Shown one piece after another: positions 32,940 through 42,262 of a stretch of 64,000 nucleotides of DNA. This DNA comes from Streptosporangiales bacterium. GTDB lineage: Bacteria > Actinomycetota > Actinomycetes > Streptosporangiales > WHST01. Location: assembly GCA_009379825.1 (NCBI GenBank), contig WHTA01000016.1:32224-96223 (forward strand). Direction: 5' to 3'. The notes below the pieces were generated by a model. The model did no database searches and was not told the DNA's origin. It saw nothing but the letters and a program-made list of their open reading frames with translations. Both the position numbers and the translations under genes were made by a program. How positions within the stretch are numbered: the first letter of the stretch is position 1; each line of letters starts with the position of its first letter.

Positions 32940-33018
32940 GCTCCGAGCAGAGTATGCGTGAGAGGAAACGTTGTCTACTGGTGGTGAACGAGTTGCAACG
33001 CTTTTTACTGAACGCGCT

Positions 33019-33609
33019 TCACCCGTTGGTCGGCAGCGCCTTTATGCTGAGGAACTTGACCGGGAGTTCGTGCAGCTCGACCGGGCCGTGGGGGACATCC
33101 CCGGCGAACTGGAGGGAATCGCCCGGCTCCAGGGTGTAGGAGTTGTCCCCGACCGCGTAGCCGAGCCGGCCCGCCTGGACGTGGATCAGCTCGGTGCCGC
33201 TGTGCTGGAACAGCGGGAACACCTTCGTGCGCCTGGTGATCGTCACCACCACGGGTTCGAGCATGTCGTACGGGTACCGCATCCGGCCGAGTGACTGGTA
33301 ACGCGAGCCGTGCCGGGAGCCGCGGTGCTCGATGTCCAGGCCGCGCCCGGACTTGATGTGGATGACGTCGTGCTCCTCGTCGAGCCCACGGAAGAACGCC
33401 GTGACGGGGACGTTGAGTGCGCTGCTGAGCCTGGCCAGGGTGCTGAGGCTGGCGGAGGCTTTCGCGTTCTCGATCTTGGACAGCATGCTCTTGGAGAGCC
33501 CACTGCGGTCGGCGAGGTGGGCGACGCTCCAGCCCATGGCCGACCGGAACTCCCGAACCCGCTGCGCGATCACCTTCTCCAGCGCGTCTTCCAGCGGTGT
33601 CGCTGCCAC
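33019..33609 (-). CDS. XRE-family HTH regulator with C-terminal cupin domain
   Basis: N-terminal HTH (IAQRVREFRSAMGWSVAHLADRSGLSKSMLSKIENAK) plus a cupin (HSGTELIHVQAGRLGY...GDSLQFAGDVPHG). Confidence 0.85.
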   Translation of the reverse strand: MAATPLEDALEKVIAQRVREFRSAMGWSVAHLADRSGLSKSMLSKIENAKASASLSTLARLSSALNVPVTAFFRGLDEEHDVIHIKSGRGLDIEHRGSRHGSRYQSLGRMRYPYDMLEPVVVTITRRTKVFPLFQHSGTELIHVQAGRLGYAVGDNSYTLEPGDSLQFAGDVPHGPVELHELPVKFLSIKALPTNG

Positions 33610-33698
33610 ATCCCCTCCTCATCGGTGATCGTCCGAAGAGCCTACGGCACGCCGACGGCTTAGAGTGTCCGTCCAGGCCGTGTTGGCAGGAGGGCTTC

Positions 33699-34430
33699 GT
33701 GGAACGGCAGCTGACGTCGATGAAGCTGACCGAGGGTGTCGCCGAGCACATCCGCGGCATGATCCACCGTGGTGAGCTCGGGCCGGGCGACCGGCTGCCG
33801 CCGGAGCGCGAGCTGGCCGAGGAGCTCGGCGTGGCGCGGGCGAGCCTGCGGGCGGCGATCAAGTCGCTGGAGGACCGCGGGTACGTCATGGTGCGCCGCG
33901 GGTCGCGCGGCGGCACGTTCGTCACCGAGCTGACCAGGCCGTTCAGCGAGTGGCGCGAGCACGTACGGCAGCAGCGCGGCGAGATCGACGAGATCATCGA
34001 CTTCCGGATCGCCCTGGAACAGCGCGCCGCCGAGCTGGCTGCCACCAGACGCGACGTCAACGACCTGAGCCAGCTGCGTAGCGCCATCAAGGCGATGGAG
34101 AACTCGGAGAGCCGCGCGGCGTTCCGGCTCTCCGACTCGCAGTTCCACTCCGGGGTGGCGAGCGCGGCGCGCAACACCAGGCTGCGCGCCGGCATCGACC
34201 AGACCCGCGGCGAGCTGTTCAGCCCGCACGACCTGCTGGAGTACGTCGAGCCGAAGGACGAGTCGATCGAGGATCACCGGGCGATCTACGACGCGATCAG
34301 GCGGAAGAGCGCAGAGCAGGCGGGCCGTCTGATGGCCGCGCACGTGGAACGTACCCGGGAGCAGCTGCGGGTGATCGTCCTGCAGGACTCCAAGCGCAAA
34401 GGCGGCCGGCGTACCAAGTCGTCGCCCTGA
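33699..34430 (+). CDS. GntR family (FadR-type C-domain) transcriptional regulator
   Basis: GDRLPPERELAEELGVARASLRAAIKSLEDRGYVMVRRGSRGGTFV plus an FCD-like helical domain. GTG 33699 is 6 nt after AGGAGGG; ATG 33720 is the alternative. Confidence 0.85.
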   Translation: MERQLTSMKLTEGVAEHIRGMIHRGELGPGDRLPPERELAEELGVARASLRAAIKSLEDRGYVMVRRGSRGGTFVTELTRPFSEWREHVRQQRGEIDEIIDFRIALEQRAAELAATRRDVNDLSQLRSAIKAMENSESRAAFRLSDSQFHSGVASAARNTRLRAGIDQTRGELFSPHDLLEYVEPKDESIEDHRAIYDAIRRKSAEQAGRLMAAHVERTREQLRVIVLQDSKRKGGRRTKSSP

Positions 34431-34569
34431 CGGCGGCGGTGACTCGGTGTCTGAGGGTTGACGCAGAGCGGTTCTTGGGTGTTGCATTCCCAAAGGTCTG
34501 TGGTTCGGACCTTAGACCGCCCGCTGTCGCGCGGCGTCGGTTGCCGTTCATCCGAGGGGAGCGATGGGC

Positions 34570-35490
34570 ATGTGCGGGATCGTCGGTCTCCATCTCAAGC
34601 GCGAGTCCGCGCACCAGCCCCTGGGCGCGCACCTGGCCGAGATGCTCGACTGCATGACCACCAGGGGACCTGACTCTGCGGGCATCGCCCTCTACGCCGA
34701 TCCGCTGCCGGGTGGTAGGCAGCGCTACTCGGTGCGGCTGCCGGAGCACGTGGACGCGGCCGAGGTCGCGAGGCGGGCCGGCATCGAGCTGGGGGACGAG
34801 GTCGCGGTCGAGAGCCTGCGGCCGGACGGTGCCGCGCTCGTCGCCGCCGGCGCGCCCGAGCAGGTCTCGGAAGCGATCCTGACCGCCGAGTCGGACGCGG
34901 TCGTCGTCGGCCACGGCACGGCCATCGAGATGTTCAAGGACGTCGGCTCGCCGCGCTCGATCTGCGACAGGTACGGCATCGCGCAGCGGTCGGCGTACCA
35001 AGGTGTCGGCCACACGAGGATGGCTACCGAGTCCGCGGTAACTACCGACGGCTCGCACCCGTTCGCCGTCGCGTCCGATCTCGTGCTGGTGCACAACGGT
35101 GCGTTCTCCAACTACGCCACCGTGCGGCGCAAGCTCGAACGCGAGGGCATCCGCTGCGTCACGGACAACGACTCCGAGGTCTGCGCGCGATACGTCGCGT
35201 GGCAGATGAGCCGTGGAGCGGATCTCGAGGACGCGCTGCGCATGGTGCTCAAGGAGCTGGACGGCTTCTACACGTTGCTGGTGTCGACGGCTGACGAGTT
35301 CGCGGTCGTACGCGACTCCTTCGCCTGTAAACCGGCGGTGATCGCGGAGAACGACGACTACGTGGCGTTCGGGTCGGAGTTCCACGCACTCGCGTCGCTG
35401 CCCGACGTCGGCAAGGCGACCGTGTTCGAGCCGATGCCGGAGGAGATCCATATCTGGCGCAGGGGAGACGGTCGCGGATGGTCGCAGTGA
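34570..35490 (+). CDS. Class-II glutamine amidotransferase domain protein (GlxB / N-methylglutamate synthase subunit A-like)
   Basis: Begins MCGIVGL, so the Ntn nucleophile Cys directly follows Met. The track ORF starts 6 nt earlier. Confidence 0.85.
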   Translation: MCGIVGLHLKRESAHQPLGAHLAEMLDCMTTRGPDSAGIALYADPLPGGRQRYSVRLPEHVDAAEVARRAGIELGDEVAVESLRPDGAALVAAGAPEQVSEAILTAESDAVVVGHGTAIEMFKDVGSPRSICDRYGIAQRSAYQGVGHTRMATESAVTTDGSHPFAVASDLVLVHNGAFSNYATVRRKLEREGIRCVTDNDSEVCARYVAWQMSRGADLEDALRMVLKELDGFYTLLVSTADEFAVVRDSFACKPAVIAENDDYVAFGSEFHALASLPDVGKATVFEPMPEEIHIWRRGDGRGWSQ

Positions 35491-36191
35491 TGGGGGAGGT
35501 GTCGGTGTCGGACGCTGTCACGTTGGACTGCGGGGAGCTGTCCACCAGGGAGATCAACCGTGAGCTCGGGTCGCTGCCGGACGGCACGACCGCACGCATC
35601 GTCGAGCCGTGGGGCAGGCACAACCTCGCGGTCGGGCTTGCCAACCGCATCGACATACGCATCGCGGGCGGCGCCGGTTACTTCATCGGCGGTCTCGGCG
35701 ACGGGCCGGACATCACGGTCGACGGCTTCGTCGGCTGGTCGGTGGCCGAGAACCTGATGAGCGGCACGGTGCGGGTGCGCGGCAACGCGTCGGAGTGCGC
35801 GGGTGCGTCCAGTCACGGCGGGTTGCTGGTGATCGAGGGCGACGCCTCGTCGCGCGCCGGGATCTCGCTGAAGGGCGGCACGATCGTCGTCGCGGGCGAT
35901 GTCGGGCACATGAGCGGCTTCATGGCCCAGGCCGGCACGATGCTGGTCGGCGGCGATGCCGGGCACGCGCTCGGCGACTCGCTGTACGAGACGGTGATCT
36001 ACGTGGCCGGCAAGGTCGCGTCCCTCGGCTCGGACGCCCGCATCGAGGAGATGACCGAGGCCGACGTGGCCGTCGTGGAGGAGCTGGTGAAGGGCGCCGG
36101 CTTCGACCACATCGACCCGCAGAACGTCACGAGGGTCGCCTCGGCGAAGCAGCTGTACAACTTCGACGCGCTGAAGGGGCAGAGCTACTGA
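35478..36191 (+). CDS. GXGXG-motif protein (glutamate synthase C-terminal domain-like, GlxC / N-methylglutamate synthase subunit B-like)
   Basis: Repeated beta-helix motifs (RIAGGAGYFIGGLGDGPDITVDG, VRGNASECAGASSHGGLLVIEGD, IVVAGDVGHMSGFMAQAGTMLVGGDAG). Confidence 0.85.
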   Translation: MVAVMGEVSVSDAVTLDCGELSTREINRELGSLPDGTTARIVEPWGRHNLAVGLANRIDIRIAGGAGYFIGGLGDGPDITVDGFVGWSVAENLMSGTVRVRGNASECAGASSHGGLLVIEGDASSRAGISLKGGTIVVAGDVGHMSGFMAQAGTMLVGGDAGHALGDSLYETVIYVAGKVASLGSDARIEEMTEADVAVVEELVKGAGFDHIDPQNVTRVASAKQLYNFDALKGQSY

Positions 36192-37564
36192 TGAGTGATT
36201 CAGCCGACCACAGCGCGCCAGACGAGAACATCAGGACGAGCAACACGTTCCCGCCCGACGTGCTCAGGGACATCCAGCTGATGGCCGCCGAGGGCAGGTA
36301 CGAGATCCGCGGCTGGGGAGCCAAGCGGGCCGTGCCCAGCTTCGACGACCTGGTGTTCCTCACCGCGTCTGCGTCCAGGTACCCGCTCGAGGGGTACAGG
36401 GAGCGCTGCGACACGACGACCGTGCTCGGCAGCCGTTACGCGAGCAAGCCACTGGAGCTCGCGATCCCCATCACCATCGCGGGCATGAGCTTCGGGGCGC
36501 TGTCCGCGAACGCCAAGGAGGCGCTGGGCCGTGCCGCGACCGCCGTCGGCACGTCGACCACGACGGGCGACGGCGGCATGACGGCCGAGGAGCGCAAGGC
36601 GTCGAAGACGCTGGTGTACCAGTGCCTGCCGTCCAGGTACGGGTTCAACCCCGCCGACCTGCGTGCAGCGGACGCGATCGAGGTCGTCATCGGGCAGGGC
36701 GCCAAGCCGGGCGGTGGCGGCATGCTGCTCGGCCAGAAGGTCAGCGAGCGGGTCGCGGAGATGCGCACCCTGCCCGCCGGTATCGACCAGCGGTCGGCGA
36801 GCCGGCACCCGGACTGGGTGGGTCCCGACGATCTCCGCATAAAGATGGAGGAGCTGCGCGAGGCGACCTCGTGGGAGAAGCCGATCTACGTCAAGGTCGG
36901 TGCGACCAGGGTGGCCAACGACGTCAAGCTCGCGGTCGCGGCCGGTGCGGACGCCGTCGTGGTCGACGGCATGCAGGGCGGCACGGGCGCGACGCAGGAC
37001 GTGTTCATCGAGCACGCCGGCATCCCCTCGCTGCCCGCGGTGCGGCTGGCGGCGGAGGCGCTGCGCGAGGTCGGTAAGGAAGACGAGGTGCAGCTCATCG
37101 TCTCCGGCGGCATCAGGACGGGCGCCGACGTCGCGAAGGCGCTGGCGCTCGGCGCGGACGCCGTCTCCATCGGCGTCGCTCCGCTGGTGGCCCTTGGCTG
37201 CAACTCGCGTACGTACGTCAAGGACGGCAAGGAGCACGACGCCACCGCCGACTACGCCGCCATCGGGGCCACGCCAGGGCACTGCGACCGGATGCACACC
37301 GGCCGGTGCCCGGTCGGTATCGCGACCCAGGACCCCGAGCTCGCCTCCCGGTTGGATCCGGACTGGGGAGCGCAGCGGGTGGCGAACTACCTGAAGGCGT
37401 TGACCATGGAGGTCACCACGCTGGCCCGCGCGTGCGGGAAGTCCAGTGTGCACAACCTCGAACCAGAGGATCTGGTGGCGCTGACCATCGAAGCCGCGGC
37501 GATGGCCCAGGTGCCACTCGCCGGCACCAACTGGATACCCGGTCACCCCAAGGGCGGTTGGTGA
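36191..37564 (+). CDS. FMN-binding glutamate synthase family protein (GlxD / N-methylglutamate synthase subunit C-like)
   Basis: Motifs IAGMSFGALS, VIGQGAKPGGGGMLLG, VVVDGMQGGTGAT and IVSGGIRTGADVAKALALGAD. TGATG overlap with the upstream gene. Confidence 0.9.
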   Translation: MSDSADHSAPDENIRTSNTFPPDVLRDIQLMAAEGRYEIRGWGAKRAVPSFDDLVFLTASASRYPLEGYRERCDTTTVLGSRYASKPLELAIPITIAGMSFGALSANAKEALGRAATAVGTSTTTGDGGMTAEERKASKTLVYQCLPSRYGFNPADLRAADAIEVVIGQGAKPGGGGMLLGQKVSERVAEMRTLPAGIDQRSASRHPDWVGPDDLRIKMEELREATSWEKPIYVKVGATRVANDVKLAVAAGADAVVVDGMQGGTGATQDVFIEHAGIPSLPAVRLAAEALREVGKEDEVQLIVSGGIRTGADVAKALALGADAVSIGVAPLVALGCNSRTYVKDGKEHDATADYAAIGATPGHCDRMHTGRCPVGIATQDPELASRLDPDWGAQRVANYLKALTMEVTTLARACGKSSVHNLEPEDLVALTIEAAAMAQVPLAGTNWIPGHPKGGW

Positions 37565-38973
37565 CAGAACGAGTCGACGACAAGCCGACCGCGAGAAGGA
37601 TTGAGGAGAATCTGGTGGCTGACGAACGCGACCGAATGCTCAAGCAGGCCGAGAAGGACGGCATCGAATTCTTCCTCGCGATGTTCGTCGACATGCACGG
37701 CAAGCCGTGCGCGAAGGCGGTCCCGGCCAGCGCCGTCGACCAGCTCTTCGAGAACGGCGCCGGCTTCGCCGGTTTCGCGGTCGGCGACATCGGGCAGTCG
37801 CCCGCCGACCCCGACCTGGCGGCGATGCCCGACCCGACGTCGTACACCCGGCTGCCGTGGCAGCCCACCGTGGCCGTAGTGCACTGCGATCCCTACGTCG
37901 ACGGTGAGCCTTGGCCGTACGCGCCGCGGGTCATCCTCCGCCGCCAGCTCGACCGGCTGCGCGACGAACGCGGCTGGGTGCTGAAGACCGGCGTGGAAGC
38001 CGAGTACATGCTGGTGCGGCGTACCCCTGACGGTGGCATCGAGATCGCCGACCAGCTCGACACCGCCGAGAAGCCGTGTTACGAGGCCAAGGGCCTGAGC
38101 AGGATGTGGGGACACCTCTCCACGGTGTCGGCGTACATGAACGAGCTCGGCTGGGCGAACTACGCCAACGACCACGAGGACGGCGCCGGGCAGTTCGAGC
38201 AGAACTTCGCGTTCGCGGACGCGTTGACGACCGCGGACCGGGCGATCTTCCTGCGCTACATGGTGCACGTGCTCGCGCACGAGGCCGGCATGGCGGCGAC
38301 GTTCATGCCCAAGCCGTTCAGCCAGTACACCGGCAACGGCCTGCACACCCACCTGAGCATCTGGGACACCGACGACAACCCGTTGTTCGAGACCGACCAC
38401 GATGCGCGCGGCCTCGGCCTGAGCGGCTTGGCGTACCAGTTCATGGGCGGGCTGGTCGAGCACGGCCGCGCGATGGCCGGGCTGATCTGCCCGACGGTCA
38501 ACTCCTACAAGCGCATCGGCGTGGGCGCCCCGAACTCGGGGTCCACCTGGGCGCCGGCGTACAACGCGTACGGCGGCAACAACCGCACGGTGATGCTGCG
38601 GGTGCCCGAGGGCGGCCGGATGGAACACCGTGGTGTGGACGGCTCCGCGAACCCGTACCTGGCCTTCGCCGGTCTGCTGGCGGCCGGCCTGGACGGCGTG
38701 GACAGGGGCGCCGATCCCGGTGAGCCGGTGAGCGACGACCTGTTCGCGCTGTCCGGCGACGAGGTCGCGGGGCGCGGTATCGAGCGGCTGCCGGCCACGC
38801 TGCTCGAGGCCGTCGACGAGCTGGCCGGCGACAAGGTGCTGCGCAGCGCGCTCGGCGAGGTGCGCAGCGGCGACTACGTGGACTACTACGCCGGCGTGAA
38901 GCGCCGCGAGTTCCTCGAGTACCACGCGGCGGTCAGCGACTGGGAGGTCAACAGGTACCTCACGTTGTTCTAA
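37561..38973 (+). CDS. Glutamine synthetase family protein (type III-like; gamma-glutamylmethylamide synthetase candidate by context)
   Basis: Motifs GVEAEYMLV, NDHEDGAGQFEQNF, FMPKP...GNGLHTHLSIW and NSYKRI...WAPAYNAYGGNNRTVMLRVP. GTGA overlap with the upstream gene. Confidence 0.9.
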   Translation: MTERVDDKPTARRIEENLVADERDRMLKQAEKDGIEFFLAMFVDMHGKPCAKAVPASAVDQLFENGAGFAGFAVGDIGQSPADPDLAAMPDPTSYTRLPWQPTVAVVHCDPYVDGEPWPYAPRVILRRQLDRLRDERGWVLKTGVEAEYMLVRRTPDGGIEIADQLDTAEKPCYEAKGLSRMWGHLSTVSAYMNELGWANYANDHEDGAGQFEQNFAFADALTTADRAIFLRYMVHVLAHEAGMAATFMPKPFSQYTGNGLHTHLSIWDTDDNPLFETDHDARGLGLSGLAYQFMGGLVEHGRAMAGLICPTVNSYKRIGVGAPNSGSTWAPAYNAYGGNNRTVMLRVPEGGRMEHRGVDGSANPYLAFAGLLAAGLDGVDRGADPGEPVSDDLFALSGDEVAGRGIERLPATLLEAVDELAGDKVLRSALGEVRSGDYVDYYAGVKRREFLEYHAAVSDWEVNRYLTLF

Positions 38974-39009
38974 GCCCATCGGGGGTCTTGAAAGGGAGGA
39001 AAGACGACG

Positions 39010-39306
39010 ATGTCTGACCCTGACCCACGGATCGAGTCGATGCTCAACCGCGACCTGGTGAGTGCCGTGATCTTCACCGTCGCGATGTGGCTCGTCCTCG
39101 TGTTCACCTATCTGATGGTCGTATCGATCGCGCCTGGCGCGCTGCTGCGCATCGTGCTCGGCGTGGCCATGCTCGCACTCGGTGGCTTCAACACGGCATC
39201 GATGGTTGCCCTCATCCAGCGGTACCGGCAGCACAGGAACGTCATCTACACCGAGGACCTGCGCCACCTGGACATGGGGCGCGCAGCGAAGGCGGGCAAG
39301 TCATGA
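39010..39306 (+). CDS. Small membrane protein (98 aa, two predicted TM segments), uncharacterised
   Basis: The track ORF is preceded by AAAGGGAGGAAAG. Hydrophobic stretches are VIFTVAMWLVLVFTYLMVV and VLGVAMLALGGFNTASMVALI. Confidence 0.6.
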   Translation: MSDPDPRIESMLNRDLVSAVIFTVAMWLVLVFTYLMVVSIAPGALLRIVLGVAMLALGGFNTASMVALIQRYRQHRNVIYTEDLRHLDMGRAAKAGKS

Positions 39307-39722
39307 GCGCGCCCGCGAGGTCACGGCAGTCGGGCCGCAGCCAGTTCGTCGACGCCGCCGTGCTGCTGGTGTTGCTGTTCACCACGCTGTTCGTCACCAC
39401 CTGGATCGTGGAACGGACGTCCGCCGACACCGGCGGCGGTGACACCGAGGCGGTCAAGAGCGTCGACGAGCTGCCCATCTCCGGTGCCGAGCGTGCCCAG
39501 TACCAGCGCATGATCGACCAGGGCCTGGTCGACGAGGCGACGGTGAACCAACAGGTCGCCGACAACGCGCCGTCGAAGGACAAGTACCCGATCAACCCGG
39601 TGCTGCTCCTGGCGACGGCGCTGCTGCTGCTCGGCTACCTGGCGTTCGTGTATCGCGTGTCGTTCAAGGAGTACCGAGAGGTCATCGAGCACAAGTTCGA
39701 CCGGTTGGATGGGCGATCATGA
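39303..39722 (+). CDS. Membrane protein (139 aa; TM, ~70-aa polar loop, TM), uncharacterised
   Basis: ATG 39303 overlaps the upstream stop (ATGA). It lies inside track ORF 39087..39722. The TM segments are AAVLLVLLFTTLFVTTWIV and VLLLATALLLLGYLAFVY. Confidence 0.6.
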   Translation: MSAPARSRQSGRSQFVDAAVLLVLLFTTLFVTTWIVERTSADTGGGDTEAVKSVDELPISGAERAQYQRMIDQGLVDEATVNQQVADNAPSKDKYPINPVLLLATALLLLGYLAFVYRVSFKEYREVIEHKFDRLDGRS

Positions 39723-39886
39723 GTGCGACGACGCTGCTCGAGCTCGGGGCCTGGGTACTCAGTGCGGTGATCGCCATCTGGCTCGTCGTGGACGTGGTCA
39801 AGACCGGCAGGAAGTACGACGAGGACTTCCTCACCAGCACGGTGGAGGACCTCGACGACATCTCAGGTGAGGGGTCGCGGCCATGA
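39719..39886 (+). CDS. 55-codon single-TM ORF not in the ORF track
   Basis: My translation is MSATTLLELGAWVLSAVIAIWLVVDVVKTGRKYDEDFLTSTVEDLDDISGEGSRP. It has ATGA overlaps at both ends (39719-39722 and 39883-39886). Confidence 0.5.
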   Translation: MSATTLLELGAWVLSAVIAIWLVVDVVKTGRKYDEDFLTSTVEDLDDISGEGSRP

Positions 39887-41313
39887 GTGAGAGCGTGCAG
39901 ACCGCGGAGAGGCCGGATCACCTCTCGCTACGCAAGGTGCTCTCGCCGATCCACATCTGGGGTCTCGGCGTGGGCATTGTGCTCGTCGGTGAGTTCATGG
40001 GCTGGAACTTCTCGGTCGAGAAGGGCGGCATGTACGGCGGCCTGGTCGCGTGCTGGGTCGTCGGTCTGCTCTACACCGCGATCGTGATGATCAACTCGGA
40101 GGTCACCTCCGCCATCCCCGCCGCCGGCGGCCAGTACGCGCAGGCGAAGCACACCATCGGCCCGCTGATGGCGTTCAACGTCGGGCTCTACCTGACGCTG
40201 GCGTACACCATGCTGGAGGCGGCGAACGCCAACGTGCTCGGTTACCTGCTGACCACCATGTCCACGGTGCTCGGCAGCCAGACCGAGCTGAGCGCGTACC
40301 CGTTCGCCGTGCTCGCGATCCTCGGCCTCGCCTGGCTGAACTACCGCGGCATCTTCGTCACGCTGTCGGTGAACTTCCTGATCACCGGCTTCGCGTTCCT
40401 CACCATCGTGGCGCTGTTCATCGGCGTCGCCGGCTGGAACCCGTCGGGCACCATGGCGCTGCAGGGCCTGACCGGTGACCTCGCGAACGGCCTGCCGTAT
40501 GGCTGGATCGGCGTGGTCGCGGCCTGTCAGTTCGGCATGTGGTACTACCTCGGCATCGAGGGCACCGCCCAGGCGGCGGAGGAGTGCCGGTCGGCGCCGC
40601 GGGCGATCCCGCTGGGCAGCATGGCCGGGATCATGACGCTGATCATCGCCGCGACGCTCACCTGGTACGTGTGTGCGGGCCTGGTGCCGTGGCAGTACCT
40701 CGGCACGGCGATCACACCGCTGTTCGACGCGGCGAGGGTCACCGGCAACGGCGTGCTCGTACTGCTGCTGATGTTCGGCACGTTGTTCGCCACCTTGGCG
40801 TCGGCGAACGGCTGCATCACCGACGCCTCGCGTGCGTGGTTCTCGATGGGCCGCGACAGGTACCTGCCGGAGTGGTTCGGCGCAGTGCACCCGCGCTACC
40901 GCACGCCGTTCAGGGCGATCGTGTTCCTGGTTCCGATCGCCATCGCGTTCGCGATCCTGCCGATCCTGCTGCAGCGCGACACGTTGCTCTCGACGGTGAT
41001 CACGTTCTCGATCCTGTCCGGGCTGTTGATGTACGCGTTCATGGGGCCGAACTTCATCAGGTTCAGGCGGCTGTGGCCGCTCGGCAGCATCCCGCGGCAG
41101 TACACCCTGCCGTTCCACCCGGTGCCGGCGATCATGCTGATCCTCATCGTCGGGCTGGTGTTCTTCGCGACCTTCCTCGGCTACGGTGTCGCGCTGATCT
41201 CGGTGCTGGCGTTCTACCTGCTGGCGTCGGTGTGGTTCGTTGCGCGGAGGTTCAAGCACGTGGACAAGGACGCCCAGTTCACCGCGCCACTACCGAGACC
41301 GCGTGGGTACTGA
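39883..41313 (+). CDS. APC-superfamily permease, ethanolamine-permease (EAT)-like
   Basis: 476 aa with about 12 hydrophobic segments. N-terminus LSLRKVLSPIHIWGLGVGIVLVGEFMGWNFSVEKGG is typical of EAT-type permeases. Confidence 0.9.
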   Translation: MSESVQTAERPDHLSLRKVLSPIHIWGLGVGIVLVGEFMGWNFSVEKGGMYGGLVACWVVGLLYTAIVMINSEVTSAIPAAGGQYAQAKHTIGPLMAFNVGLYLTLAYTMLEAANANVLGYLLTTMSTVLGSQTELSAYPFAVLAILGLAWLNYRGIFVTLSVNFLITGFAFLTIVALFIGVAGWNPSGTMALQGLTGDLANGLPYGWIGVVAACQFGMWYYLGIEGTAQAAEECRSAPRAIPLGSMAGIMTLIIAATLTWYVCAGLVPWQYLGTAITPLFDAARVTGNGVLVLLLMFGTLFATLASANGCITDASRAWFSMGRDRYLPEWFGAVHPRYRTPFRAIVFLVPIAIAFAILPILLQRDTLLSTVITFSILSGLLMYAFMGPNFIRFRRLWPLGSIPRQYTLPFHPVPAIMLILIVGLVFFATFLGYGVALISVLAFYLLASVWFVARRFKHVDKDAQFTAPLPRPRGY

Positions 41314-41975
41314 TGGACGCCAGGTTGCTGCTGTTCCTCGTCGTGGCGGCGGTCGTCGCCGCGGCGGGGGCGGTGCTGCACGCCCGTAAACGCGCTCGCG
41401 TGCGGGACGAGCGCGGCCGGTTGTTCGCTGCCGTGCAGCCGCTGTTCACCGACGTCTCCGTCACGCAGGACGACGTGTCGTTCCCCGTGCTCACCGGTTC
41501 GCGGGCCGGCCACCGGTGGCGGCTGGAGCCGATCGTCGACTCGCTCACGTTCCGGAAGCTCCCGGTGCTCTGGCTCGCGGTGACGTGCTACGCGGAGCTC
41601 GAGGTGCGGGCACCGGTGTCGGTGCTGCTGCGGCCGACGGGCAACGAGTTCTACTCGCCGAACGCGCGCTACCAGCACCGGCTGCCGCTGCCGGACGGCT
41701 GCCCAGAGCACGCCAGGGCAGCCGCGGCGGAGCCGGTGGGCGACGTCGAGCTCGGCGCAGTCACCGAGCTGCTCGATGCGGACCGCACGAAGGAGGTCGT
41801 GCTGTCCGCTCGCGGGCTGCGTGTCGTACGACAGGTGACCGAAGCCGAGTCCGGACCGTACCGGGTGGGCCGGCGGGTGGACCTGGGGGCTCCGGTGCTG
41901 CCGGCGGCGGAGATCGCCGAGCTGTGCGACGTGCTGCTGGCCACCGTGACCGACCGGCAGGCGGTGGCGCGGTGA
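41313..41975 (+). CDS. Hypothetical protein with N-terminal TM anchor (220 aa)
   Basis: ATG 41313 shares one nt with the permease stop (TGATG). The N-terminus is MDARLLLFLVVAAVVAAAGAVL. No family recognised. Confidence 0.6.
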   Translation: MDARLLLFLVVAAVVAAAGAVLHARKRARVRDERGRLFAAVQPLFTDVSVTQDDVSFPVLTGSRAGHRWRLEPIVDSLTFRKLPVLWLAVTCYAELEVRAPVSVLLRPTGNEFYSPNARYQHRLPLPDGCPEHARAAAAEPVGDVELGAVTELLDADRTKEVVLSARGLRVVRQVTEAESGPYRVGRRVDLGAPVLPAAEIAELCDVLLATVTDRQAVAR

Positions 41976-42262
41976 CCGTGCTCTCCCGGGCCAGGCAACA
42001 GCTCACCCGGACCCCGCTGCTCGTGCTGCTGACCGCGGCGGTGCTGCCTGGCGTCGGGCACGTCGTGCTCGGGCGGCCGTACCGCGGCCTGATGTTCGTG
42101 TTCTACATCCTGCTGCTCGGCATCATCACCGTGCACGTCGCTGACCCGGACAGGTCGTTCCTCGGCAGGTACGCGGGCGGCATCTTCGTCTACGCAATCA
42201 GCCTGATGGACGCCTACCGGCTCGCCGCCCGGGACCGGGCCGAGGCTCAGGCGCGCTCGTAG
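41972..42262 (+). CDS. Small membrane protein (96 aa)
   Basis: GTG 41972 overlaps the upstream stop (GTGA). Sequence LLVLLTAAVLPGVGHVVLGRPYRGLMFVFYILLLGIITV...GGIFVYAISLMDAYRLA. Confidence 0.55.
   Translation: MTVLSRARQQLTRTPLLVLLTAAVLPGVGHVVLGRPYRGLMFVFYILLLGIITVHVADPDRSFLGRYAGGIFVYAISLMDAYRLAARDRAEAQARS

Noticed and set aside
34431-34569. Possible sigma-54 (GG-N10-GC) or GlnR-box (GTnAC-n6-GnAAC) elements, and a shared GntR site, upstream of the amidotransferase gene and of soxB (32940-33018).
   Set aside because: The spacings do not fit either consensus. The weak resemblance between GTCTGTGGTTCGGACC and GTCTACTGGTGGTGAAC is not convincing by eye.
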